A stretch of 62,609 nucleotides of DNA, counting the filler. It is 3 parts of 3 records of this genome, joined end to end, with 100 filler letters (N's around TTAATTAATTAA, not from the genome) between each part and the next. Parts side by side here need not be neighbours in the genome. Positions count along the whole stretch, not along the records: positions 39,437 to 62,609 come from SRR20825006_2550; 2 more parts are not named here. One strand, written 5' to 3'. The position numbers and the translations under genes are program-made. Every line of letters starts with the position of its first letter. Positions within the stretch are counted from its first letter, which is position 1. This document shows, piece after piece, positions 49,555-58,445 of the stretch. The notes beneath the pieces were generated by a model. That model ran no database searches, had not been told where the DNA came from, and saw only the letters and a list, made by a program, of their open reading frames with translations.

Positions 49555-50910
49555 ATGAAGTCTTTGGGTAAATTGAGTGCGCTCTTGGGGGCGGCAGTGT
49601 TTGTGACTGGCTGTACCGCCGGTTCGTCTGGGGTATCAAACCTGCTTGACGTCAAGCCTGTGGCCTTTTTCAAGGGCAATACAGGAGCGAAAGCCGGAAC
49701 GGTTGCCGAGGCCAAAGACCCCGCAACCCCAAGCCTCTCTGCCGCCAATTCCGGTGAAGCCTCGCCCTTGATTTCTGATCTGATCGCGCGTCGTTCGGTG
49801 TTAACGCCCGGCTCCGCCTACGACACGGTCGCAACCGCCGTGCTCGCCACCTCGTCGGGTGTGGCCGAGGCCGAATTGCGCGCCTCCAAAATGCGCGCGA
49901 TTGCCCGCTCTACCAATTGGATGCCGACCATCGGCCCCTCGATCACGCTCAATTCTTTGGGCGAAGTGGTCGCGGGCCTGTTGGTGGACGTCACCCTCTA
50001 TGACAACGGCAAACACAAGGCCGAGCGCGAATTTGCCGCCGCCGATGTCGAAGTTTCCGCTGTGGCTCTGTCGCAAGACGTCAATGACCGGCTGTATGAG
50101 GGGCTTACGCTTTACATCACCGCCGCTGAGGCTCATGAAAAATCAGGCATGGCCGAGCGTGGCTTGGGCCGAATGCAGGAGTTCAATCGGGTTGTCACTG
50201 AGCGGGTCAAAGGCGGCGCGTCGAGCCTGTCGGATCAACGTGTCGTGCGCTCGACCCTGTCGGAAATGCAGCATGAAACCAGCACCCACCGCGAGGCTGA
50301 AGACAGCGCATGGGCGGAGCTGGACACGCTGACCGGCGGCGTCAAGCTCCCGGTTCTTGATCAGGCCATGGGGATTTCTTTGCCCTCCGGCTCTGTGACG
50401 ACGCTCGAGGTTCTGCGCGCCGAAGCCGAGGCCAAACGCACCATTGCAGAGGCCAAAGCACAGCGTGCCGCGATGTTGCCGACCCTCTCCGCCTCCACCC
50501 TTTTGGGTCAGAAGAACAGCACCGGAGCTGCCTATGATGGGGCGGGCTTGGGGCTTGGCACAGGCGCGGAAATGGAGGCCAGCCGTGCGCGTGAATTGGC
50601 CGCCAGCGCACAGGTCGCAAAGGCGCGTGAAACCTCCGCACGCAAAAGGGCGCGGCTCGATAGCCAACTCTCGGCGCTGCGCCGCCAAGAACGTGACGCT
50701 GCCGATTTGGTCGAACAAACCCGCGCCAATTACCGCATTTTCCAAGACCAATTCGAAGCCGGGCAAAAAAGCGTCATGGACGTGTTGAGCGTCTATGAGC
50801 AAATGATCCGCGATGAGTTGAAACATATTGATTTGAAATATGAAATTGCCCTGACCGAACTTGAGATCGCGCGTGTGTCAGGAGCACTGGCCGATGGGGT
50901 GGACATATGA
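49555..50910 (+). CDS. TolC-family outer membrane protein (lipoprotein)
   Basis: Start MKSLG with lipobox VTGC; QFEAGQKSVMDVL; helical heptads. Confidence 0.88.
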   Translation: MKSLGKLSALLGAAVFVTGCTAGSSGVSNLLDVKPVAFFKGNTGAKAGTVAEAKDPATPSLSAANSGEASPLISDLIARRSVLTPGSAYDTVATAVLATSSGVAEAELRASKMRAIARSTNWMPTIGPSITLNSLGEVVAGLLVDVTLYDNGKHKAEREFAAADVEVSAVALSQDVNDRLYEGLTLYITAAEAHEKSGMAERGLGRMQEFNRVVTERVKGGASSLSDQRVVRSTLSEMQHETSTHREAEDSAWAELDTLTGGVKLPVLDQAMGISLPSGSVTTLEVLRAEAEAKRTIAEAKAQRAAMLPTLSASTLLGQKNSTGAAYDGAGLGLGTGAEMEASRARELAASAQVAKARETSARKRARLDSQLSALRRQERDAADLVEQTRANYRIFQDQFEAGQKSVMDVLSVYEQMIRDELKHIDLKYEIALTELEIARVSGALADGVDI

Positions 50911-53588
50911 GGAAAGCACCAAAACTTGCTTTTACTGTCACCTCGGCCAGGCCTGAGACTCCCGAAGATGTGTCCAATCGTCCAAAGGCCCCTTTGACCG
51001 TTCATCTGGGGTCCCAAGGCCGGGGTGCTCTGAAAACGAAAGTGGCACCTGCGGTTCATAACCCTGCGCGCGTCGTTGATCCGATGGTGGAAAAGAAACG
51101 CGCAGCGACCGAGGCGGTGCGGCGCAAGGTGGCCGACACGGCGCGTGAGGCACGGCTGCGCGAAGAGGTAGCCGAAAAGCTGCGCGCCGAGGAACGCGAG
51201 GCACGTGAAAGAGCCAAGGCACAGCGCGTTGAAAAGGCCCGCCAAGCCGCAGAAGCCGCGCGCAAACCCAAACGCGATGCGGCAGAGGTGAAAGCCGAAG
51301 CCAAGGCGCGCCAAGCGGCCCGTGATGTGCCGCCTGCTCCGCAAATGATACAGGACGAAACGGTCACACAGCACCAAGAGGCGCAGGTCGCCACCCCTGT
51401 TGAACCTGCTGATATTTTCCCGCAGACTCAGCAACAGGTCCAGATCCCGGAGCCGGAACCGGCCCCGCGTCTGGACCAAACGGTGTTTTCGCGCAAGTTT
51501 CTGCAACGTGCCGAATTGGTCGCGACACTTGCCGCGCGTTTTGGTCAACGCGCGATGATCTCTGACCTGATTGAAAGCTTTGCGGATCAAACTGGCGAAG
51601 ATGTCGCCCCCGCCGCCATGGCGCGTGCGATTGGCCTGACGGGCCTCTCCGCCGAAGTCACCCATCTGGCCGCGATCACGCCCAAGGCCTGGCCCGCGTT
51701 GGCTTATATGTCATCTGGCCATATCGTCCTTGTCTGGTCGCAAAAGGGTGAGGTTCTGACCGTTTTCGACCACACCGGGACCGATCACGTGGCCGAAGTG
51801 CCGCTCTATGAATTTGCACCGTTCTTCACCGGAACCATCGTGCGCGCCGGGAAAACTTTGGACACACTAGCGGCCACTCATGTGCCGCTTTTGTCAAAAC
51901 AGCATTGGTTTTGGGGGCAATTCGGGGCGTTCAAACGGCAGATTGGCGAGATCGCATTGGGTTCGCTCGTGGCCAATATGTTGGCCGTGGCGGTCGCTCT
52001 GTTTTCGCTACAGGTCTATGATCGGGTGATCCCGCATCAATCGCAGGCTACCCTTTGGGTGCTGGCGCTGGGCGCGGTTTTGGCCATCGCATTGGAAGCG
52101 GTTTTGAAACTCGCGCGCTCGCGTTTGATGGATGGGGCTGGGCGTCAGATTGAAATGCGGGTTCAGTCGATGTTGATGGAGCGGCTGTTGGGAATGCGGT
52201 CTGATGCGCGGCCGACAACGCCGACAGGGTTGTTTTCCGCCATGCGTGAATTCGGTTCGGTGCGCGAATTTTTCACCGCCTCGACCATTGGATCGGTCGC
52301 TGATATTCCGTTTATCTTTTTGTTCTTTGCGCTCGTGGCCTCGATTTCTGGCCCAATCGTTTGGATTTTGGTCATGGGCGCGATCATCATGGTGGTGCCC
52401 GGCTATCTGTTCCAAAAACGAATGATGCGCCTGACCCAAGAGACCCAAGGGGCGTCGGCCAAATCGACGCGGCTTTTGCATGAGGCGGTGTTTGAACTTG
52501 ACACGATCAAAACCCAACGCGGCGAAGAGCGTGTGCGGCGGATTTGGGATGAGTTGAATCTCTTGTCTGCGGCGAAATCGTCGGAACAGCGCAAACTCTC
52601 CGGCATGCTGACCTTTTGGTCCCAAGGTGTGCAGCAATTGACCTATGTTTTGGCCGTGGTCGCCGGAACCTATTTGGTTTTTGCCGGCGAATTTACCGTT
52701 GGGACGATCATCGCAACCGGCATCTTGACCTCCCGCACTTTGGCACCTCTGACCCAGCTTTCGGCGACGATGGCGCGGTGGACCAATGTCAAAACGGCGC
52801 TGGATGGATTGGACGCAATTGCCGCTGCCCCACAGGACAATGGCGGGGATCGCAATTTCCTCCGTCGTCCGCAGATCAACGGCGCATTCGTGCTGCGCGA
52901 GGCACAGTTCCGCTATGACACAGAGGGCGCGCCGACGCTTGATCTGCCGGGGCTCGATATCAAAGCGGGACAAAAAATTGCGGTGCTGGGTGCCAATGGA
53001 TCGGGAAAAAGCACCTTTCTGAAACTTCTCGCCGGGCTTTATGCCCCGACGCAAGGGCGCATTTTGCTGGACGGTGCCGAGATGTCGCAAATTGATCCGC
53101 GCGACATTCGTCGGTCTGTCGGTTACCTTGGCCAAGATGTGCGGCTGTTTGCCGGGACACTGCGCGACAACCTGAACCTGGGCGGAATGGAGCGCGATGA
53201 TGACCGCCTGCTCGCCGCCTTGGATTTTGCTGGGCTGGGCGCGTTTGTGCGCGGGCATCACCGCGGGCTGGACCTTGAAATTCGCGATGGTGGCGAAGGT
53301 CTTTCTGTCGGTCAACGACAGTCGATTGGCTGGGCACGGCTGTGGCTGCAAAACCCCTCTGTCTGTCTGTTGGATGAACCGACCGCGGCCTTGGATCAGG
53401 CGCTTGAAACCGCGCTTGTGGCGCGGCTCACTGACTGGCTTTCGGGCCGCACCGTCGTCGTTGCCACACACCGTTTGCCCATCGTCGCCCTTGCCGACCG
53501 GGCAATGGTGTTTAAAGACGGGCGATTGGTGGTCGACGGACCGCGGGCTCAGGTCATGGCGCATCTCGAAAAAGCGAGCACGCGCTGA
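50907..53588 (+). CDS. Type I secretion ABC permease/ATPase with long N-terminal extension
   Basis: QVYDRVIP, GANGSGKST, LSVGQRQ, LLDEPT; ATGA overlap with TolC. Confidence 0.95.
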   Translation: MRKAPKLAFTVTSARPETPEDVSNRPKAPLTVHLGSQGRGALKTKVAPAVHNPARVVDPMVEKKRAATEAVRRKVADTAREARLREEVAEKLRAEEREARERAKAQRVEKARQAAEAARKPKRDAAEVKAEAKARQAARDVPPAPQMIQDETVTQHQEAQVATPVEPADIFPQTQQQVQIPEPEPAPRLDQTVFSRKFLQRAELVATLAARFGQRAMISDLIESFADQTGEDVAPAAMARAIGLTGLSAEVTHLAAITPKAWPALAYMSSGHIVLVWSQKGEVLTVFDHTGTDHVAEVPLYEFAPFFTGTIVRAGKTLDTLAATHVPLLSKQHWFWGQFGAFKRQIGEIALGSLVANMLAVAVALFSLQVYDRVIPHQSQATLWVLALGAVLAIALEAVLKLARSRLMDGAGRQIEMRVQSMLMERLLGMRSDARPTTPTGLFSAMREFGSVREFFTASTIGSVADIPFIFLFFALVASISGPIVWILVMGAIIMVVPGYLFQKRMMRLTQETQGASAKSTRLLHEAVFELDTIKTQRGEERVRRIWDELNLLSAAKSSEQRKLSGMLTFWSQGVQQLTYVLAVVAGTYLVFAGEFTVGTIIATGILTSRTLAPLTQLSATMARWTNVKTALDGLDAIAAAPQDNGGDRNFLRRPQINGAFVLREAQFRYDTEGAPTLDLPGLDIKAGQKIAVLGANGSGKSTFLKLLAGLYAPTQGRILLDGAEMSQIDPRDIRRSVGYLGQDVRLFAGTLRDNLNLGGMERDDDRLLAALDFAGLGAFVRGHHRGLDLEIRDGGEGLSVGQRQSIGWARLWLQNPSVCLLDEPTAALDQALETALVARLTDWLSGRTVVVATHRLPIVALADRAMVFKDGRLVVDGPRAQVMAHLEKASTR

Positions 53589-54757
53589 TGGCCACGTTCG
53601 ACGACATGCTCGACAAGGACATGGATCGTCCGGGTTGGATCATTCGCATTTCGGCCGTTGTGATTGTGATCTTTTTGCTCTGGGCGGCCATTGCGCGGGT
53701 CGATGAGATCGTGCGTTCCGATGGCGAAATGATTTCCTCTTCGCGGCCGCAAATTGTGCAAAACCTTGAGGGTGGGATTCTGTCCGAGCTTTTGGTGCAC
53801 GAGGGCCAAGAGGTCGAACAGGGGCAAGTGCTTGCCAAATTGCAGGGCACGGAGTTTCGCACCTCCGTCGATGATCTTCAGGAAAAAATCGACGCCTTAG
53901 AGGTGCGGCGTTTGCGGCTTGAGGCGGAGCTTGAGGGTGAGGACGCGTTTGTCGTGTCTGACGATCTTGCAACGCGGGCAGCAACAGTATTGGCCTCGGA
54001 AAAGGCGCTTTTGAAAGCGCGGGTTGGCGATTATTTGGCCCGCAAAGATGGCGCGATGGCGGTTTTGAAACAGGCGGAGACCGAGCGGGCCTTGATGGAG
54101 GACATGCTGACGAAAAACGTGGTGTCACTGATCGAGGTGACCCGCGCGCGCAAATCGCATTCTGATGCGCAACTCAAATACAATGAGATCGTCACGCAGG
54201 CGGAATTGCAGCGTGCCGAAGACTATTCCGACACGCTGAAAGAATTGGCCTCAGTGAAACAGGCGCTGACCTTGGCCAATGATCAACTGGGTCGCACAGT
54301 GATTGTCGCGCCGATGCGAGGCATTGTGAACAGCCTGATGGTGACGACGATCGGCGGCGTGATTCGGCCCGGCGAGGAGTTGGTTCAGATCATTCCGGTG
54401 GACGAAGAGCTGTTTGTCGAAGCACGTGTACGCCCCGAAGACATTGCTCATGTGCAACCGGGCCAAGACGCGACGATCAAGTTATCCGCCTATGATTACA
54501 CGATTTATGGCTCTTTGAAGGGCAAGGTTCAGGTGGTGTCGGCGGATACATTTAAAGATGAGCGCGATCCGAAGGCCGTGCCCTATTACCGGGTGACGGC
54601 GACGGTTGATCTGAGCAGCTTGACCGAGCGGCAACAACAGATCGAGATCCGTCCCGGTATGCGCGCGCAGGTCGAATTACACACCGGGTCAAAGACGTTT
54701 TTGCAATATCTACTGAAACCGCTCTACAAATCACGCGAGGCCTTTCGCGAGCCTTAG
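53588..54757 (+). CDS. HlyD-family T1SS adaptor
   Basis: QIVQNLEGGI, APMRGIV, TIGGVIRPGE, AYDYTIYG, IRPGM, YLLKP. Confidence 0.96.
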   Translation: MATFDDMLDKDMDRPGWIIRISAVVIVIFLLWAAIARVDEIVRSDGEMISSSRPQIVQNLEGGILSELLVHEGQEVEQGQVLAKLQGTEFRTSVDDLQEKIDALEVRRLRLEAELEGEDAFVVSDDLATRAATVLASEKALLKARVGDYLARKDGAMAVLKQAETERALMEDMLTKNVVSLIEVTRARKSHSDAQLKYNEIVTQAELQRAEDYSDTLKELASVKQALTLANDQLGRTVIVAPMRGIVNSLMVTTIGGVIRPGEELVQIIPVDEELFVEARVRPEDIAHVQPGQDATIKLSAYDYTIYGSLKGKVQVVSADTFKDERDPKAVPYYRVTATVDLSSLTERQQQIEIRPGMRAQVELHTGSKTFLQYLLKPLYKSREAFREP

Positions 54758-54778
54758 GGTTGCGCGTAGGATGACGGT

Positions 54779-55384
54779 ATGAGCCAAGATATTCCCATAC
54801 GCGACGCCGCAACGGTGGTCCTGCTGCGTCAGGACACCGAGGTGCCGCGTGTCTTGATGGGGCAGCGTGGCCATGGCGCGGTGTTCATGCCGGGCAAATT
54901 TGTCTTTCCGGGCGGCGCTGTCGATGCGGAGGATTTTGATCGTGATCCGCCCGGTCAGTTGACGCCGGTTTGCGCGCGCCGACTGGCCGCTGACTCCCCG
55001 CCTGAGATGACGCGCGCGTTGCCCAACGCGGCGTTGCGCGAGCTGCGCGAAGAGACCGGGTTGATTTTGCCGGACGTTACGGATTTGCATTTCGTGTTCC
55101 GCGCCATCACCCCGCCGGGACGTCCGCGTCGGTTTGATGCGCGGTTTTTTCTGGTGGATGCGGCACGTTTGGCCAACGACCCGGATGATTTCTCAAGAGC
55201 CGAGGACGAGCTGTCGCATTTGCAATGGGTGACACTTGCGGGCGCGCGCGGTTTCGATCTGCCCTTTGTCACGCGAGTGGTTTTGGCCGAGGTCGAGGCG
55301 GCGATGCACAAGACGTTGCCGCCAGAGCAGGTGCCGTTTTACGATCACCGCTCTGATGTGGGACAAATCCGGTCCCTGCCGTAA
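54779..55384 (+). CDS. NUDIX hydrolase (NUDT19-like)
   Basis: RDAATV, FVFPGG.VD, insertion, AALRELREETGL, ITPP..PRRFDARFF. Confidence 0.9.
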   Translation: MSQDIPIRDAATVVLLRQDTEVPRVLMGQRGHGAVFMPGKFVFPGGAVDAEDFDRDPPGQLTPVCARRLAADSPPEMTRALPNAALRELREETGLILPDVTDLHFVFRAITPPGRPRRFDARFFLVDAARLANDPDDFSRAEDELSHLQWVTLAGARGFDLPFVTRVVLAEVEAAMHKTLPPEQVPFYDHRSDVGQIRSLP

Positions 55385-55388
55385 CCCG

Positions 55389-57497
55389 TCACGCGTTTTC
55401 GGGCTGATTGGCGTCCTGCAACAGGCGTTTATGTTTGCGCATTTCCGTCAGAGCATCGCCAAAGGTCACAATCCCCCGCTCCTCGGCCATGCGCAGCATT
55501 TTGATAAACACTTGTGCGGTCGCCACCGTATCACCCATGGCGGTATGGCGTGCCTCGGGCGGAATTTTGACACCGAGGCGGGCGGAGATTGCATCGAGCG
55601 TGTGTTCTTGCGACTGACCAAACACGATGGCGGAAAGCAGCACGGTATCAAGCACCGGGTTGTTGAACGTCGCGCCAATTCCGGCCTCGTGGCGGCGTAG
55701 AAATTCCAAATCAAACGGTGCGTTATGGGCGACCAAAACTGCACCGCGGGCAAAGCTGTGAAGCTGTCGCCCGACCACATCAATCGAGGGCGCATCTTTG
55801 ACCATGGCGTTGGTGATGTGATGAACTTCGGTGGCTGAGGCGGGGATGGGGCGTCCGGGATTGACCAGCGCGTCGAGCGTTTCCGTATTGCGGACCTTGC
55901 CATTGACCACGCGCAGCGCCGCGATTTGACAAATCTCGTCGCCTTGCGAGGGCAAAAGCCCGGTGGTTTCCGTGTCAAACACCACATAGGTCAGGTGAGA
56001 GAGGGGGGTCTCCATCACCTCTTTCGATGGCCGATGCGCTAACAGATCAAAGTCATAGCTCACGGTGCGCCGCCCATCGACCGGGGCGCGTCGCACAGGG
56101 CGCGCGGAGCGGATCGGCAGTTTCAGGACGGCACGGGAGGCGCGGCCAAATTCCGGCCAGATGTCGGTGCCATGTGCTGCAAGGATGTCGCGCCCGGTCA
56201 TATCGGCCAAACCTACGTCAAGCGGCTGGGTCAGCCATGTTTCCAACCGATCAACGGACAAAGGCGCGCCCGACCATCCCAGCGCCAACATCGCGCCGCC
56301 GTCCTCTTCGCGGGAAATCAAAAACGACAATGCCCGGCCGCCGTCTTGGGTCACCAATCGGGCGATATGGGCGATCAGGGTGATGATCTGGACCGCGTCC
56401 AAGGTGAGGACAAGCGGTTCGACCACATCGGCGGTCAGGGCGGTGTCGCCTTGCGCCAATTGCGCGCGCAAAGCATCGCAAAGTTCAGAGCCACGCACCG
56501 AGGCCATCGGCCACCAATCGGCCTTTGTTGCCTCATATTCGGCGTCAAACGTGGCGATGGCCGTGGTCAGGACCTGCATTTCGCTGACCAGTGCGGTGTT
56601 CAACCGGGGATCATTGCGCAGCGTGTCATCCGCCTCACGCGCCGCCAATGTGGTCTGCAAAGAGGCCATGGATGGGCGCAGGCGATCAAACATCCGCGAC
56701 AACAGCTTTTCGCGTTTCGCATGGATCGCGAGGTCGTCGGTCACGTCATCTAAACTCAACACATAAGGCGGTGTTGCGTCCCCCTCATTGGGTGCATGCA
56801 TCAACCGCATCCGGGCCGACAGGATTTGACCGCCATGCCGCGTGGCCACGGTCAGAGGCAGGACATGCCCCTCGCCACCTTCGCCCGCACAAAGCCTGGC
56901 ATAGGCCGAGCGGATCGGAGCGGGACGCAGGAAGTCAAAGATTTCATGGTCCAAACCGGGCGTATGATCGGCGGACAAAAGATGTGCTGCGGCGCCGTTG
57001 TAAAAGGCGATTTTATGCAGACCGGACAGCAAGACCACGCCATGCGGCATCTCGGCGGAGAGGGTGGAGAGCCGCTCTTTTTCGTCGACCAAACGGGTGG
57101 TTTCCATCGCCACGGTCTCGGCCAATTTGTTGCGGGTGCTGACCAGGTTTTCGGTCAAAGCGTGGGCGGCGGGGGCAAGATCGCCCAGGTAGCGCGCGGT
57201 TTTCTCGTTCAGCGCCTCATCGACATCGGCGTGCGCCCGCGCTAACATGCCGCCAGCCAGACGTTGGATTGGTTTGGCAACATTTTCGTCAAACATCAGC
57301 CAAATCCAGACCACCATGGCAAGAATGGCAAAGCTGGCAATCGCACCGGCAAAGATAAACCCATCGCGGGCCTCAGGCACATGCAGGCGGGCAAATCCCA
57401 GATAAAGCCCCGCCAGGACCGCCATGATCGCCCCTGCTGCCAGGCCCGCGAAGAACAGAAAGACCCGAAGCCGCAGCGACCAATGTTCAACTTTCAT
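55389..57497 (-). CDS. Membrane sensor-like protein fused to DEDDh 3'-5' exonuclease
   Basis: Two N-terminal TM helices, PAS-like GVVL....KIAFYN.AA, degenerate kinase-like region, then FDTETTG / HNAPFD / HTAMGD. Confidence 0.88.
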   Translation of the reverse strand: MKVEHWSLRLRVFLFFAGLAAGAIMAVLAGLYLGFARLHVPEARDGFIFAGAIASFAILAMVVWIWLMFDENVAKPIQRLAGGMLARAHADVDEALNEKTARYLGDLAPAAHALTENLVSTRNKLAETVAMETTRLVDEKERLSTLSAEMPHGVVLLSGLHKIAFYNGAAAHLLSADHTPGLDHEIFDFLRPAPIRSAYARLCAGEGGEGHVLPLTVATRHGGQILSARMRLMHAPNEGDATPPYVLSLDDVTDDLAIHAKREKLLSRMFDRLRPSMASLQTTLAAREADDTLRNDPRLNTALVSEMQVLTTAIATFDAEYEATKADWWPMASVRGSELCDALRAQLAQGDTALTADVVEPLVLTLDAVQIITLIAHIARLVTQDGGRALSFLISREEDGGAMLALGWSGAPLSVDRLETWLTQPLDVGLADMTGRDILAAHGTDIWPEFGRASRAVLKLPIRSARPVRRAPVDGRRTVSYDFDLLAHRPSKEVMETPLSHLTYVVFDTETTGLLPSQGDEICQIAALRVVNGKVRNTETLDALVNPGRPIPASATEVHHITNAMVKDAPSIDVVGRQLHSFARGAVLVAHNAPFDLEFLRRHEAGIGATFNNPVLDTVLLSAIVFGQSQEHTLDAISARLGVKIPPEARHTAMGDTVATAQVFIKMLRMAEERGIVTFGDALTEMRKHKRLLQDANQPENA

Positions 57498-57876
57498 CTC
57501 GATCTCCCGTGATCAGCTCGGCCACGCGCGACCGCAGATCATCCATCGCAAAGGGTTTGGTCAAAAACGCGTTGGCCCCCATGGCAAGCCCCTTGCGTTG
57601 TTCGGCCTGTGAGGCGCGGGCGGACATCATCAACACCGGGGTCGCGGTCAGATCGTGGGTCATGCGCATGGATTGGCAGACCTCATAGCCGGATTTCCCC
57701 GGCAATGTGACATCCAAAATCACCAGATCGGGCTGTTGCGCGCGGATGTTGGGGATGGCTTGGGACCCATCCGCGACACGCAGGATGTCATAGCCTTCGC
57801 GCGACAGCAAAAGCTCAATGGCAATGGCGATATTGTCCTCGTCTTCCACCAAAAGAATGCGCGGTTTGCCTTGCAT
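57487..57876 (-). CDS. Single-domain response regulator receiver
   Basis: LLVEDE, ILDVTLP, MMSA, TKPF; overlaps the nuclease gene start. Confidence 0.95.
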   Translation of the reverse strand: MQGKPRILLVEDEDNIAIAIELLLSREGYDILRVADGSQAIPNIRAQQPDLVILDVTLPGKSGYEVCQSMRMTHDLTATPVLMMSARASQAEQRKGLAMGANAFLTKPFAMDDLRSRVAELITGDRDES

Positions 57877-57901
57877 CTTTTACGGTCTCCCCTCCGTGGT
57901 G

Positions 57902-58417
57902 TTATCTCAACGCATCGCAGGCGGTGCGCAGGATCGGATTGTCGCTTTGCATGGCGTACCAATCGGCCTGTGCCAGCATCTCGTTGATCGGGCCTTTTTT
58001 AAGACCAACCAAATCGGCGCGACGGCCCAGAATGCAATCAAAAGCGGTCGGTACGATGGCCGCATCGCCGCGCCGCGCCATCAGATACATGTCGGTCAAA
58101 ACCGTGCCGTCCTCAACAGTCGCCCCGTCTTTGTCGAGGGCGATAAAGCGGGTGGTGACCGGAACGAGATAGGTCCAAGGCCGCCAGACCTGGCTTTTCT
58201 CAATCGTGGTGGCCACGACTTTGCCTTCGCCAATGCCGTCCAGCGCGCGGTTGTACCACGAATAATCGCTCCAGATCGCAAAGGCCAACATGGCCGCACC
58301 TGCGGCGGCGGGCATGGCCCATTTCGGGAATTTGATCCGGGTGAGTTTTTGCAGGCCAAGGATAAATCCGGCAGCGCCGACGCCGGCGGTGATGGTGGCG
58401 ATGAATTCGAGAAGCAT
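57902..58417 (-). CDS. Hypothetical membrane protein
   Basis: Two N-terminal TM helices, WRPWT motif, two Cys; GAAGGGA RBS; co-oriented in cluster. Confidence 0.8.
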   Translation of the reverse strand: MLLEFIATITAGVGAAGFILGLQKLTRIKFPKWAMPAAAGAAMLAFAIWSDYSWYNRALDGIGEGKVVATTIEKSQVWRPWTYLVPVTTRFIALDKDGATVEDGTVLTDMYLMARRGDAAIVPTAFDCILGRRADLVGLKKGPINEMLAQADWYAMQSDNPILRTACDALR

Positions 58418-58445
58418 GGGGATTGGTCCCTTCTTTCAGGTTTGG

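Noticed and set aside
52008-53564. 518-aa minus-strand ORF, plus other long ORFs such as 60735-62354, 47130-48341 and 42768-43715
   Set aside because: Antisense shadows of well-supported genes in GC-rich DNA; no recognisable motifs
54779-55384. NUDIX gene as part of the actP signalling module
   Set aside because: It is convergent and co-oriented with the T1SS genes; no sequence evidence of a functional link
55389-56000. Replicative DNA polymerase III epsilon (dnaQ) or a defence-system nuclease
   Set aside because: Domain is fused to a membrane sensor in a transporter cluster; no replication or defence genes nearby
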